A DNA stretch of 64,000 bases, from positions 1 through 64,000 of the IMG/VR virus record IMGVR_UViG_3300006173_000003; one strand, given 5' to 3'. This document shows, piece after piece, positions 45,473 through 56,212 of this stretch. The stretch is from a virus (taxonomy: Duplodnaviria > Caudoviricetes). A program made the position numbers and the translations under genes. Every line of letters begins with the position of its first letter. The stretch's first letter is position 1. The notes beneath the pieces were generated by a model that saw only the letters and a program-made list of their open reading frames with translations, was not told the origin of the DNA and did no database searches.

Positions 45473-47902
45473 ATGTATGGTCCTAGTTATGAGTTGTACC
45501 GCACCATAGACGCAAGTAAGAAGGATGCAGTTTGGGGCGACCTCTGCGTCACGATTTGCCGCAGGGACTGGCGGCCCCTCATAAATCAATCCCGGTGCAG
45601 GGAAAACAAAAGGTACTTAGACTCCATGCAGTCTTTGGAGGACATAATGAATAGGTTTAAAGATAAAAAATTCAAAGAAAGTCTTAATTGGGACCCGCTG
45701 GGAATTTGGGAGCCATTTAAAAATACTCTTGTTGAGGATATTCTAAAAAATCCACCGAAGGCCGAATTGAAAGCTACAGACGCATCGGCCATAACCGACC
45801 GAAAGAAAGACCTGTCCCTTCTCAGAAACAGAAAAATCATAGAAGGAGATATATCCAAATACCAGCAACAGGTTGGCCTCCCCGGATACAAATATGAACA
45901 TAAAAACTTCAAAGGGAATGTCGAAGAATTTGATAGTCTTCATTTGGACGAGAATGATCCCGAAGATTTGACTTTTTATGAACAGAATCTACAACGACTT
46001 AACTACGAAATATCCGGGCAGTCAATTGTTAATAATGTTCTTAAATCGTGCAGATTCGATGAAGACATAGCAATGAAAACGGTAAGGGATATCCTTGCTG
46101 TCAAAGCGCTATGCATTCAGGTTTATGTGGATAAAATGACTGGCGAGATAAAAACAAGATATCTATATCCAGAAACATTCTACGGGATATTCGGAGACTC
46201 CGGGGATGGCAGAAATGACATAGCTTTAGGGTGGGTAGACAATATATCTGTTAACGAATGGCTTCAATTGGTAGGAGACGAATTCAACTGGGATCGGGAT
46301 TGGAGAAAACTTCTTTGGGCCATCAACTACTGCGGTAACACTAAATACACTGGATTTATCCGTAACAACACTCCGTATGATTGTTTTGGCCAAAGAGAAT
46401 GGATGAGCGAAGGCGGCATAGGTGGTGTAACGCAGAGTAATCTAATTGAATGGACAATGGCCTTCAATTATCAAGTTAATTGCGGTTATATCGAGTGGAA
46501 AACAATTGAGGCTACCTCTACTTTTGTCACCCACGACACAAGAGAAGGATACGCCTTTCAGGATATTCCTTATCATATAGAGCTTGAGGAACAGCAAAAA
46601 CTTGATGGGTACAGTAAAACGAGCAAATACCAGCAGCAGACATACGGAAGTTATTTCATATCCACCACAGCAGTATCTCAGTGGATTTTTGGTTTCGGAA
46701 AGGTATACTATCAAACATTGGAGGGAGCCAATGACGAATATTCTTCCGGAACACTACGATACTACCTCATGGAAGGACGCAGCGCCGTTGAGCTTTCCAA
46801 GCCATATATAAGACTAGCCAATCATTGCTTTTATAAGATGCTCTGGTGCATTGATAAGGCAAAGCCGGAGGCGAGAGAATACGTCTACGAAGAGTTGATT
46901 CAAATTGCTAAGGGCATGCAGCGAATGACTCCGCAGACGGGAAATGCTAAGGCCCCCAAACTGGATAACATATTACGGGATACCATAGCCTTCATGGAAG
47001 AAAATCTGGTGAACATCAGGGCCTACCCGCAAGTGGAAGGCCGACCCGTTATGCAGCTTCACCCATTGGAAGGGAAACGAAACGGGGTAGATCCGGTTGC
47101 TCTTACGTTTCAGGCTATCCTCACATGGGCCACCCAAATGGTTTCTCAGTCTATCGGAGTTAATCCAATGCGCGTAGGAGCTAACCCGCCCGCCAGGGAA
47201 AGCGGAAAGACGGAAATGAATACCATTGAGTATTCCATCAACGCAACAAGCTATATCTATCGGATGCAGCAGAACGTGAAGATGAAAACGGCAACCACTA
47301 TTCTAAATATCACTCAGGATATAATAAAATTCAAAGACTCCATTCCCTATAAATGGCTTCTGACTATAATGGGGAATGAGACATTTAACGGGCTGTTTAA
47401 TATCGACGACTATGCGGCACATCGGTTCGGCATGTTTATACGCGACTACAACGCTACCGCAGAAAAACAACGTATAACCCAAGCTGCCGACATTGCTCTT
47501 ACGAAAGGAGAATTGTCTTTCGACCAATGGGTAATGGTTACTCAGGTGGAAGACTTCAAAATGGCCGCAAAAATGCTGTCTCTGTACAAGAGCAAGAAAG
47601 AAAAAAGAGAAAGGAAGCAGAAGTTGCAAGAATTAAAAATCGCCCAACAGACACAGGCTGAAGCGCACAAGCAAGAAATGGAGCGTATTGTCACAAAAGG
47701 GAAACTGGATATCGAAAAAGCCAAACAAGAGAAAGAAGGGTTTATTGCCGCTGCGCAGATACAAGCAGATAGCCGGATAAAGGTTAAGGAGATTACTGTT
47801 GAATCGGAAGGAGATAAACAGGCAGCAAAAGCTACTGCCTCTAATGAAATAAATACTAAAAAAGAGGATTTAAAAGAGCAAGCCCCATTCGCTAAGACGT
47901 AA
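45473..47902 (+). CDS. Portal protein
   Basis: 809 aa, upstream of scaffold and capsid; GVNP.R.G...RES and K/E/Q-rich C-terminal tail of podovirus portals. Confidence 0.8.
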   Translation: MYGPSYELYRTIDASKKDAVWGDLCVTICRRDWRPLINQSRCRENKRYLDSMQSLEDIMNRFKDKKFKESLNWDPLGIWEPFKNTLVEDILKNPPKAELKATDASAITDRKKDLSLLRNRKIIEGDISKYQQQVGLPGYKYEHKNFKGNVEEFDSLHLDENDPEDLTFYEQNLQRLNYEISGQSIVNNVLKSCRFDEDIAMKTVRDILAVKALCIQVYVDKMTGEIKTRYLYPETFYGIFGDSGDGRNDIALGWVDNISVNEWLQLVGDEFNWDRDWRKLLWAINYCGNTKYTGFIRNNTPYDCFGQREWMSEGGIGGVTQSNLIEWTMAFNYQVNCGYIEWKTIEATSTFVTHDTREGYAFQDIPYHIELEEQQKLDGYSKTSKYQQQTYGSYFISTTAVSQWIFGFGKVYYQTLEGANDEYSSGTLRYYLMEGRSAVELSKPYIRLANHCFYKMLWCIDKAKPEAREYVYEELIQIAKGMQRMTPQTGNAKAPKLDNILRDTIAFMEENLVNIRAYPQVEGRPVMQLHPLEGKRNGVDPVALTFQAILTWATQMVSQSIGVNPMRVGANPPARESGKTEMNTIEYSINATSYIYRMQQNVKMKTATTILNITQDIIKFKDSIPYKWLLTIMGNETFNGLFNIDDYAAHRFGMFIRDYNATAEKQRITQAADIALTKGELSFDQWVMVTQVEDFKMAAKMLSLYKSKKEKRERKQKLQELKIAQQTQAEAHKQEMERIVTKGKLDIEKAKQEKEGFIAAAQIQADSRIKVKEITVESEGDKQAAKATASNEINTKKEDLKEQAPFAKT

Positions 47903-48197
47903 TCAATCTTGAAATAATAAACTCATCTACAACGGATGCGACTGGGCGTTGCATCCGTTTTGCTATTTGGGAAAGAGCATCGTACGTTTCCTGATCCATG
48001 AAACAATTTCTTTTTATTCTCTTTCCCATAGCTGGAGTGATACAGATGGGGCATTCATCAAACTTGGACTTCATTTTCTGTAGTTCAGATCTCATCAATG
48101 AATTGAAGTCCCTCTTTTTTAGCTCAGTCGCTTTGGCGTCAAGCGCAGCCCACTCTGCTTCCGTTCGGGATAACTGTACACGTTTTGGGGTTTTCAT
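47892..48197 (-). CDS. Tandem ribbon-helix-helix regulator
   Basis: KRVQLSRTEAEWAALD... and RNCFMDQETYDALSQIAKRMQRPVASVV. Confidence 0.55.
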   Translation of the reverse strand: MKTPKRVQLSRTEAEWAALDAKATELKKRDFNSLMRSELQKMKSKFDECPICITPAMGKRIKRNCFMDQETYDALSQIAKRMQRPVASVVDEFIISRLITS

Positions 48198-48265
48198 TCC
48201 ACAAATTACATCTTTTTTTGGAGCTATAAATACTGGTATTCAAAAAAACGGACTATAAAGAAAAC

Positions 48266-48273
48266 TACATTTG
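48266..48273 (+). promoter_or_regulatory. -7 promoter element for the scaffold-capsid operon
   Basis: TACATTTG ending 21 nt before ATG 48294. Confidence 0.5.
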
Positions 48274-48293
48274 AACTGAAAATCATAAAATTC

Positions 48294-49361
48294 ATGAGTT
48301 TAGAGGCGATAAACAACATGCGGAAATTACAGGGACTTGAACCCTTGACCGAACTTCCAAAAGAGGGAGGAGCCGCAGACGCTAAAACTCCGGAACAGAT
48401 TGAAGCCGAAAGGCTGGCCGCAGAAGCGAAGGCAAAAACGGAAAACCAAAATAATTCCACTGAAACGGAATTGAGCGACGAACAATTGCTCAAGCAGTTG
48501 GAAAAGAGAGGGATAACCGCAAAATCCTTTGAAGAACTAAAAACTCCCCCCACTCCGCCTGACCCAGCTAAATTAGCCGAACAGAGAGAGGCTGAAGAGT
48601 TGGCTTATGGGCTTAGCAAGGGCCTTTTCAATAAAAAAGAATATGACGGGTTCGTTGCAGATACGAACAATGCACAGAATCTCGTTTTCGCGCAATACCA
48701 CGCAGAAGCCAAGGCCGAAGACCCCGAACTGACCGACGAAGAAATTCAATTGGAGTTCGAATCGAAATATGGTCTGGATGCTGAACCTGGGACTCGCAAG
48801 CACAAGCGTGGTGTAAAAGAGATCAACACCATTGCTGAATCTCTCCTGAAACAGAAATATGGGAAAATTTATGAAGCTAAATCTTCCTTTACTGGATACG
48901 AAAAACAAGCTCAGGCCGAAAGGTCCGATAAGGCCAAACTTGAAGCCGGTCTCCCCGTCTTTAATAAAGACCTTGAAGAAGTTTTCGGACAGTTGAAGAA
49001 AATCCCCATTAAGTTTTCAGATACAGAAAGCGTTGAAGTTGATGCTTTGCAGTCTGGGCTGGATGAACTGAAGGAGATGATGCTGAAACCGGATAATGCC
49101 AAAAAAGAGGTTCTTTCCGGATACACAAAAGAAGAATTGAAAGAGCGGATGTTCGCTGCCTTTTTGTACAGAAATTTCCCAGCCATTGCAAAAGAAGTCG
49201 CCAATCAGCACTTGATGAAACATGCTGCGGGAACAAAGGGTATTCCCCTGTTAGGAGGAAAGACAAGGAAAGACGGGGAAGGAGATTTGGTTCCTACCGA
49301 GGCCCAGAAAGTTCTTATCGAGTTGCATAAAAAACACAATCAGCCTGCAACTGCAAATTAA
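48294..49361 (+). CDS. Capsid scaffolding protein
   Basis: Acidic, helical, directly upstream of the major capsid protein. Confidence 0.65.
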   Translation: MSLEAINNMRKLQGLEPLTELPKEGGAADAKTPEQIEAERLAAEAKAKTENQNNSTETELSDEQLLKQLEKRGITAKSFEELKTPPTPPDPAKLAEQREAEELAYGLSKGLFNKKEYDGFVADTNNAQNLVFAQYHAEAKAEDPELTDEEIQLEFESKYGLDAEPGTRKHKRGVKEINTIAESLLKQKYGKIYEAKSSFTGYEKQAQAERSDKAKLEAGLPVFNKDLEEVFGQLKKIPIKFSDTESVEVDALQSGLDELKEMMLKPDNAKKEVLSGYTKEELKERMFAAFLYRNFPAIAKEVANQHLMKHAAGTKGIPLLGGKTRKDGEGDLVPTEAQKVLIELHKKHNQPATAN

Positions 49362-49387
49362 AACCACAAAAAGAATAAACGTTTAAT

Positions 49388-50926
49388 ATGGCTATCCCAA
49401 TTTACTCAAACCGGCCCCGATTTTCGACCAAGCAGCAAACGCTTGATCAAATCCTGACGATTGACAAGTTCAACGCCATGACTCAATCGGCGCTGGAAAC
49501 TACTTCCGGGAATAACATCACCCCCGCTCAGGCCGCTTTGTATGGCGACCCAAACATGGGGACGACCTTCCGGCAAAATGTAGTCCACCAAGTAATCAAC
49601 CTATCGGGTAGCCCTATTGACCTTAACTTCTTTATGGCTGCGTTTGGCTCTCAGGAAAAAATGGTAGACACGAAAAGGTTCTGGAATCATTACATGGGTG
49701 ATACTTCCTTAAATCTGTATCCGGCCAACTCTGCAACCGCTGCTGGTCCTGGTCAGCCACTTGTGTTTCAGGTGTTAAAGCAGAACCACGGATCAAACGG
49801 TACGTTGACCTTCGCCGGTCAGGGATATTCCTTCTGGGATAAGGATAACATGATTGAAGGCATCATTACCAACGTTGACCCAACAATTCCTTTTGCCAAT
49901 AAGGTAACGGTTATCCCGACAGACGCAACAGTAACTCTTTCTGTAACTGCAAACAGCCCATACCTCATTACACCTGCCCGTAGGGTCGGGGGGTTAAGCC
50001 AGCAGCAGATCACTAACCAGATGTCCTCTATTGGATATTCTCAGGAAGTAAACTTCCTGCGTGTTCGTAGGGACTGGAAAGTGGCTATTGACCTGCTTCG
50101 TTCTTACAGGGACAAGATTCAATACCCCGTTATCTATGACATCAACGGTAATCCAATGGATAGCTGGGATGTGTACGAAGCAATGGAAGCCAGAGAGGGT
50201 CTACGTATGGCGCTCAACCTCGCCTCGTGGATCGGCACTCCGACCACAAACCAGTCCCTCATTACCGGAGCAAACGCTGTCATCGACGGAGATCATACAG
50301 GCTTCTACGGTATGCTGCCTTCCATCAAATTTGGCGGAGGTGTAGTATATGACTTCCCGCAGAGTATCGGTTTTGACTTCGAAGCAGACGGGGAACCTCT
50401 GTTCTTATGGCAGGATAGCCGGAAGCAGACTACCCGGTTCATGTGTAAGCATGGTCTTGCCTTCGACTTCACAAAGAACGACCGGTCAAACAAGCTCGTA
50501 GCCAATACGCAGGTAGGGTCTACCGTGTACGAAGCCTACAAGCGTCTGGAAGGAATGGATTCTTCCTACAAGACTGGTCTCGCAAAAATGGGTATCAACT
50601 CTTACAAATACAATTCCTTCGAGCTTGACTTCATGCTCTGGGGCGCGCTGTCCGATCAGCGTTACGCTGGTTCTGATTACTTCAGCAACCTTTGCGTAAT
50701 GATCCCAGCAGAAGGCGCTCGTGAAGGCGGTCGCCAGATCAATCCAATGGAGTTCTACCAGTACGGTCAGAACGGTTGGACAGGCGATTACGAAGAGTTC
50801 TATGTAGACAACCGGACCCAGACAATCGCAGAAGACTCTATCCAAGGGTTCTGTGCTCAATCCCTGGCATTCGCAATGCACGGTCCGGATCTGTTCATTT
50901 TGTTAAACCCTGTAAAGGCTGCATAA
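49388..50926 (+). CDS. Major capsid protein
   Basis: 512 aa, strongest high-expression codon bias in the window, follows portal and scaffold. Confidence 0.8.
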   Translation: MAIPIYSNRPRFSTKQQTLDQILTIDKFNAMTQSALETTSGNNITPAQAALYGDPNMGTTFRQNVVHQVINLSGSPIDLNFFMAAFGSQEKMVDTKRFWNHYMGDTSLNLYPANSATAAGPGQPLVFQVLKQNHGSNGTLTFAGQGYSFWDKDNMIEGIITNVDPTIPFANKVTVIPTDATVTLSVTANSPYLITPARRVGGLSQQQITNQMSSIGYSQEVNFLRVRRDWKVAIDLLRSYRDKIQYPVIYDINGNPMDSWDVYEAMEAREGLRMALNLASWIGTPTTNQSLITGANAVIDGDHTGFYGMLPSIKFGGGVVYDFPQSIGFDFEADGEPLFLWQDSRKQTTRFMCKHGLAFDFTKNDRSNKLVANTQVGSTVYEAYKRLEGMDSSYKTGLAKMGINSYKYNSFELDFMLWGALSDQRYAGSDYFSNLCVMIPAEGAREGGRQINPMEFYQYGQNGWTGDYEEFYVDNRTQTIAEDSIQGFCAQSLAFAMHGPDLFILLNPVKAA

Positions 50927-50927
50927 C

Positions 50928-51878
50928 ATGGCAAAAAAAGAAGAAATCGGGTTCGACTCAGAAGAGGTCAAAGAAGAAAAGGCCCCTGTCCTATACATTG
51001 AACTATTCGACCGTAGAGGTAGTGGGTTCATATTGGATGACGGGAACCGGGGGACACAAAAACAGACAGAGATCGACTGTCCCACTGCTGAGTTTATCCC
51101 GAATTTTGGGTTTCGCCGGGGTGTTAAAAAAGTAAATGGTAAGGAAGTGTTCTACAACGAACAAATCCGGTACATAAAAGAGCAGACGGAAATATCTGTC
51201 GAAAAGCAAAAGGAATTGGGTATTGTCCGCTCCCGAGCAGGGAAAGAGGATATGATCGAAGTAAAGAAAGGTAGTTTTACCGTTGCCAAAGAAGGCTCTT
51301 TCATCGGCTTATATGACTACCTGATGGAGTCTTTCTACAATGCCGATAACCCTGATCGTAGCTCTACTGCAACGAAGATATATCGGGTCATTAAGCTAGG
51401 TGAGGAAGAAGAAGGTATGAACGAGGACGATATCTTAATGGCTGATGCAATTAAGTTGGTGGCTAAATTTTACCAAAAAGTTGGCAAAAATAAGTTCACC
51501 TATAACGAGGAAAAGATCAACGCCCTCTGCGAATTGTTTACCATTTTTGCCGAAACGATGCCAGGTAAGATCGCCGCTCTGAACGGTCTGGCTAAGATCG
51601 ATCCCAAAACCTTCCTTGAAAAAGCGGCCAAGTTCGAACAGGTCACTATTACTGAGATTGCTCAGGCCCTTCAACTGAACGTCATCCAGATCAAAGATAA
51701 TGTTCTCCAGTACGTAGACAAGGAGAAAATCATCCTTAGTTTTGGAACCGCCAAGTTGAGCCGGGAGAAACAAATCGAAAAAGCAGCCGACCTCCTGCAT
51801 ACCCCGGAACTGAAAGCAGCATACGAAGAACTGCAATTAGAACTGGAGATTGCTCAGGAAAAACAGTTAAAATCGTAA
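50928..51878 (+). CDS. Conserved capsid-module protein
   Basis: 316 aa directly after the capsid gene, as in crAss-like gene order. Confidence 0.55.
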   Translation: MAKKEEIGFDSEEVKEEKAPVLYIELFDRRGSGFILDDGNRGTQKQTEIDCPTAEFIPNFGFRRGVKKVNGKEVFYNEQIRYIKEQTEISVEKQKELGIVRSRAGKEDMIEVKKGSFTVAKEGSFIGLYDYLMESFYNADNPDRSSTATKIYRVIKLGEEEEGMNEDDILMADAIKLVAKFYQKVGKNKFTYNEEKINALCELFTIFAETMPGKIAALNGLAKIDPKTFLEKAAKFEQVTITEIAQALQLNVIQIKDNVLQYVDKEKIILSFGTAKLSREKQIEKAADLLHTPELKAAYEELQLELEIAQEKQLKS

Positions 51879-51899
51879 CTAATTTAAAATAGAAATTCA

Positions 51900-52622
51900 A
51901 TGCCAGCTTACATTCCAGCACTTGTCGTACAAAAAAACAACAGTGTCTTTATTGCAACAACGGGAGTAACTGTCCAAAAAAGCGGCGGCGCTGAAATTTT
52001 GGCCGGCGTGGGCCTCTCTACTGAGATACCAACAGCGGACGATGGCGGTGTTCCTGACGGGGATTACTGGGCGCTACCAGTAAATGACAGCGGCATTGTA
52101 ACCTCATTCCATTATCTGCCATACAATGCAAATGATCCTATCGGAAGCATTAAGCCCAATGCACAGGCTTTTGCTGTTTGCCGGATCATGAACACCAAAG
52201 CTAGTGATTACTGGTATATTGTCGGAACGGTGGCTCAATACATCACAGCCAATGGCGGCGCAGCGTTACCAACTACTATTTCGGCTCTTGTTGCTCCCTG
52301 CCAGGGTCTTGGAGAATGGAATGTCAATAAAAAGTACTTTGCTATTTTGGCCCTTCCGGCCCTTGGCCCTGTTAATGATCGATATTTTCCGTATGGATAC
52401 TTCAATGGAGTTGCGTTGCCTGCCGCTTCGAATGCTGGCTATACTACGCCGGCCACGTTGCTGACGTTTCTGAATGCTAACTGGACAAATGTCGGTAGCC
52501 CCGTATCTCAGATTACATGGACGGTATCTGCGGATAATCTGACACTGATGGGAGAAGAAAACAATGGAGTCGGAACGGATATTTTCTGTGGAGCGGTCGT
52601 TGCTATTAATCCATCTTTGTAA
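51900..52622 (+). CDS. Putative capsid decoration protein (paralog 1)
   Basis: Colinear motif sharing with 52634-53338. Confidence 0.55.
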   Translation: MPAYIPALVVQKNNSVFIATTGVTVQKSGGAEILAGVGLSTEIPTADDGGVPDGDYWALPVNDSGIVTSFHYLPYNANDPIGSIKPNAQAFAVCRIMNTKASDYWYIVGTVAQYITANGGAALPTTISALVAPCQGLGEWNVNKKYFAILALPALGPVNDRYFPYGYFNGVALPAASNAGYTTPATLLTFLNANWTNVGSPVSQITWTVSADNLTLMGEENNGVGTDIFCGAVVAINPSL

Positions 52623-52633
52623 TCTTATTTTGA

Positions 52634-53338
52634 ATGGCGTTTCAGATACCTAATGCGTTAATTCCCTGCTATGTCATTCAAATGAATAATACCTTATTCA
52701 TTGAGGGCGATCAGATTAAGGGAAGGATATTGGAGATACCATGCAAGAACGATTTTATCGATGATCCTAATTATTGGGCTGTTCCGATAAAAGATGCTGG
52801 TATTTTTACGACCATTGAGTATATACCGGTAGCTTTATCTCCCAACCCACCCACCTTTGATAGCTTCAATGTGTTTAGGGTAAGGGACAAACTTTCTGGA
52901 TATTTTTGGTGGATATATGGGACACAGCAGAATTTCGTAAGTTCTTGTTCTACTTGTTGCGGAGCCGGGGCGATACCAATGCCCAATACAACAGTTGGCG
53001 GCGTAGTTATATCAATAGCTCCTTGTGATACGATGGATATTGTGAATACAGCAGGTGTGCCTTATTCTAGGACGGCTCTTCCTGATTTGGTTGGTAGCGA
53101 GACATATTTTCCATATGGAGCGTACAACAACGTAGCGTTGCCAGCAGCCAGCGGGTCAGGATATCCGGACACAACAACTCTCCTGACCTTTTTGAATACG
53201 AGTTGGAAGAATGTCGGTAGTCCGAACGCAAATTTCACATGGACACTATCTGCCGACGGAATAACATTGACCGCCACCGGTGGTTTTGCAGGAGACTCGC
53301 TGTGTGTCGTTATCGCAACGGTCGGGACATCGGCGTAA
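52634..53338 (+). CDS. Putative capsid decoration protein (paralog 2)
   Basis: YWA.P..D.GI.T, YFPYG..N.VALPAAS, TLLTFLN..W.NVGSP, TWT.SAD shared with paralog 1. Confidence 0.55.
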   Translation: MAFQIPNALIPCYVIQMNNTLFIEGDQIKGRILEIPCKNDFIDDPNYWAVPIKDAGIFTTIEYIPVALSPNPPTFDSFNVFRVRDKLSGYFWWIYGTQQNFVSSCSTCCGAGAIPMPNTTVGGVVISIAPCDTMDIVNTAGVPYSRTALPDLVGSETYFPYGAYNNVALPAASGSGYPDTTTLLTFLNTSWKNVGSPNANFTWTLSADGITLTATGGFAGDSLCVVIATVGTSA

Positions 53339-53380
53339 AGACATAAAAAATTCCTCCGCTGCGAGGGTTAGTAATACCAG

Positions 53381-53411
53381 AGGGGGCAGTTCGTAAGGAT
53401 TGGCCCCTTTT
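53381..53411 (+). terminator. Terminator of the capsid operon
   Basis: AGGGGGCAGTTC-GTAA-GGATTGGCCCCT followed by TTT; GNRA loop. Confidence 0.75.
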
Positions 53412-53425
53412 AAATTAAATAGGAA

Positions 53426-55567
53426 ATGATTATCAACGGGTCGCCTGATATCAGCTTATTGTCACTCCAAGCAACTTGGGATATCTCAGGAACTTTGCCT
53501 GCTATCACCCTCGTGAATCAATCCCAAGGACCCAATCTTGGCAACTTGACCACATGGTTTGTTGTATCCTCCCCTACGCAGACTCTTATTCACGAAGGAT
53601 CGCAAACAACTCCGGATATTACAGGTAATTGGACAAACTATTCTTTGACTGACTCTTGGCCCCGTCCGTTTAATCAGATAGAGTTTTCTGGTGCTCCATA
53701 TTCATTGACCATTTACATAATGGACAGCATAGGGAATATTTACAGCGATAATTATCTGGCTGTAATTTGCCGACCTTCAGGGAATACAAACCTTTCAAAA
53801 AACTTCTACGGGATATCCAATACAGACGTTCAGGTTCAATGCCAGCAGGCGAGACTTTATTTTCAGGATCAGACAAACACGTCTTACCAGGGGCTACCTG
53901 GGACACTTGTTTCCTCTGTCCTTCGACTGGTATACCCGATAGACGAAACGGGTAATATACCGGCCCCATTTGTTATAACCAATTTTTCATCCGCTGCGGC
54001 TCCCATAAGCTACAGTTCTGATAATTACCAGTTTCAAACACAACTGGTATATGACTACGACTTTGGAAACGGAATTCATGTAAGGATAAGATACCAGACG
54101 ATAAATCCAAAGAACGGGGTTAGTTATATCACTTTCCCGGTTCTGTGCAACATCGATTTATCTCCTCTTGTATGCGAATATGAAAAATTGGTTGATAGTA
54201 TAGAAAGTGGCTCTTGTGTCAACGTACAAGATGCGGAAAGAAAGTTGATGTTGATCAATCCAAAATTTGCTATGGTGGTCATGGGATTGATGCAGCCACT
54301 TACAGGCATCGATGTTCCGGGGTTGATATCTGAGATTGAAACCATAGGAGGATTTACCTGTGACTGCTGTAATGCGCCTACTGGAATTATCCCACAAACC
54401 TCTTCCGTCATCGACGGATATTCTTTTCAGATAGTACCCGTTTGTGGGGATATAACAGGAACAGTTCAGGTGACGGGAACAAACGTTCAACTTTTACTAT
54501 CGGACAAGACTTACAACTTTGTCATAAGCGGTTCGTCTCCTACTGCCGCATTTGCCATAACTCCGGCTACCGTAGGGTGCGTAAAGACTTATTCATTCAA
54601 TGTCGATCTGGTTACTCTAAGTACGGATTTATTGAATACCATAAAGACCGACGCCGGACTAGTTAACCTGTTCAACAGCATAGTAACCGGAGGATCTGCT
54701 GGACTCATAGCGGCAGACGGTAAGTGCGTGTATCAATCTTCGTCAACATTTAATTACACGTTCACCCTTTCTAATATACCGATATCGACAACATTTGCAA
54801 TACTTAGTCAGCTAACAGTAGGAGCGTCCGTTCAGAGCCTTAGTTTCTCGTTCAATCTGACCAATCTTCCGGCGCTTCAATCTTATTTGAATGGCCTTGG
54901 TCTTGGAACTTTTGTGGTCACTAACCCATCGGGACAGACCGTACAGATAGCCAGTTCCGACAACTCGAATATCCTGTCCTCTATGGTGTATGGGATATCA
55001 TCTACTAATTTTATTGCTACCCAGTCTTCAAATGCGTCAGGATACACGCCAATACCGGCAAATCAGGTAATCCAATTCATCATAAACTATTTATGCGGAC
55101 TTACCGATGGGCAGATAATAACCTCTCAGGATTATACCATTTCTTTTATAGGGAATAATGGTCAACCTCAGCAAGTAGTTTTTGGTAAAGGAAGTACATT
55201 GGCCGCATTCCTTGCCGAATTAGTAAGCCTTCAGGGGCAAACAGTGCAGAATATAGGGAATAATCTATCCGTAAGCTGCGATAGTTTGAAGAACGCATTT
55301 CCTGTTTCTCAGACACCCATAACAGCGACCGATTTCTTATACATAACGAGGGGAGGAGAATGCAGTCGAGGAAACTTTTTAGATGTGTTTAATTACATGC
55401 TTACCTCTGGAATTACAAATGCTACTACCAAGGCCGCTTTCTGTGCATTTGTATCGTCTTGTGGGGCCGGTATGACATGCGACGGATACAGCTTTTTTGA
55501 CACTTTCGTGACAATATTCGACACTAGCTGTCCTAGTATCGTCGGTATTTCGTATCAACTTAATTAG
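53426..55567 (+). CDS. Cys-rich virion structural protein
   Basis: 713 aa, S/T/N-rich beta content, CDCC motif. Confidence 0.55.
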   Translation: MIINGSPDISLLSLQATWDISGTLPAITLVNQSQGPNLGNLTTWFVVSSPTQTLIHEGSQTTPDITGNWTNYSLTDSWPRPFNQIEFSGAPYSLTIYIMDSIGNIYSDNYLAVICRPSGNTNLSKNFYGISNTDVQVQCQQARLYFQDQTNTSYQGLPGTLVSSVLRLVYPIDETGNIPAPFVITNFSSAAAPISYSSDNYQFQTQLVYDYDFGNGIHVRIRYQTINPKNGVSYITFPVLCNIDLSPLVCEYEKLVDSIESGSCVNVQDAERKLMLINPKFAMVVMGLMQPLTGIDVPGLISEIETIGGFTCDCCNAPTGIIPQTSSVIDGYSFQIVPVCGDITGTVQVTGTNVQLLLSDKTYNFVISGSSPTAAFAITPATVGCVKTYSFNVDLVTLSTDLLNTIKTDAGLVNLFNSIVTGGSAGLIAADGKCVYQSSSTFNYTFTLSNIPISTTFAILSQLTVGASVQSLSFSFNLTNLPALQSYLNGLGLGTFVVTNPSGQTVQIASSDNSNILSSMVYGISSTNFIATQSSNASGYTPIPANQVIQFIINYLCGLTDGQIITSQDYTISFIGNNGQPQQVVFGKGSTLAAFLAELVSLQGQTVQNIGNNLSVSCDSLKNAFPVSQTPITATDFLYITRGGECSRGNFLDVFNYMLTSGITNATTKAAFCAFVSSCGAGMTCDGYSFFDTFVTIFDTSCPSIVGISYQLN

Positions 55568-55571
55568 TAAT

Positions 55572-56210
55572 ATGAATAGAAGGAAACATAATATTGGCGA
55601 TAAGTTTGGCAGGCTGACAATATCTAAAATTCTTCCTAACCGAATTGTGGAAGCAGAGTGCGAATGCGGCAAAGTGAAGGAGTATCATTTTAACAACATT
55701 ACCTCTGGGAAGACATCTTCTTGTGGTTGCTATAATTCAGAGCTTAATTTTAAGCATGGCGGATGCGCTCACCCGCTATACACTGTTTGGGAGGGAATAT
55801 GCCAGAGGTGTTATAGTAAAAATCACCAAAACTATAAAAACTATGGAGGGAAGGGGGTTACTATGTGTAATGAATGGAAAGAAGATTTCGGGTCGTTTAA
55901 AAAATGGGCATTGGATAATGGATGGAAGAAGGGATTGAAGGTGGATAAAGATATTAAGGCCCCCAAAACAGGTCCAAAAATATACTCACCAGATCATTGT
56001 TCTATAATAACTCATCAAGAGAATTTAAGAAATAAGGTAGACAATAAAATAATAGAATACAACGGCGTTTCTTTGTGTTTAACCGAATGGTCTGAAGTAT
56101 TGGGAATAAAATACTGTTGTTTGAGAGCTAGAATAGATAGGGGCTGGGACACAGAGCGGGCTTTCACAAAACAAAATTTTACTCATAATCAAAAAAGAAA
56201 GGTTGCGTAA
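55572..56210 (+). mobile_element. Free-standing HNH-type homing endonuclease-like gene
   Basis: KFGRLTI, CECG, TSSCGC, QRCY...YGGKGV.MC.EW, YSPDHC, WSEVLGI; more AT-rich than its flanks. Confidence 0.75.
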
Positions 56211-56212
56211 AA

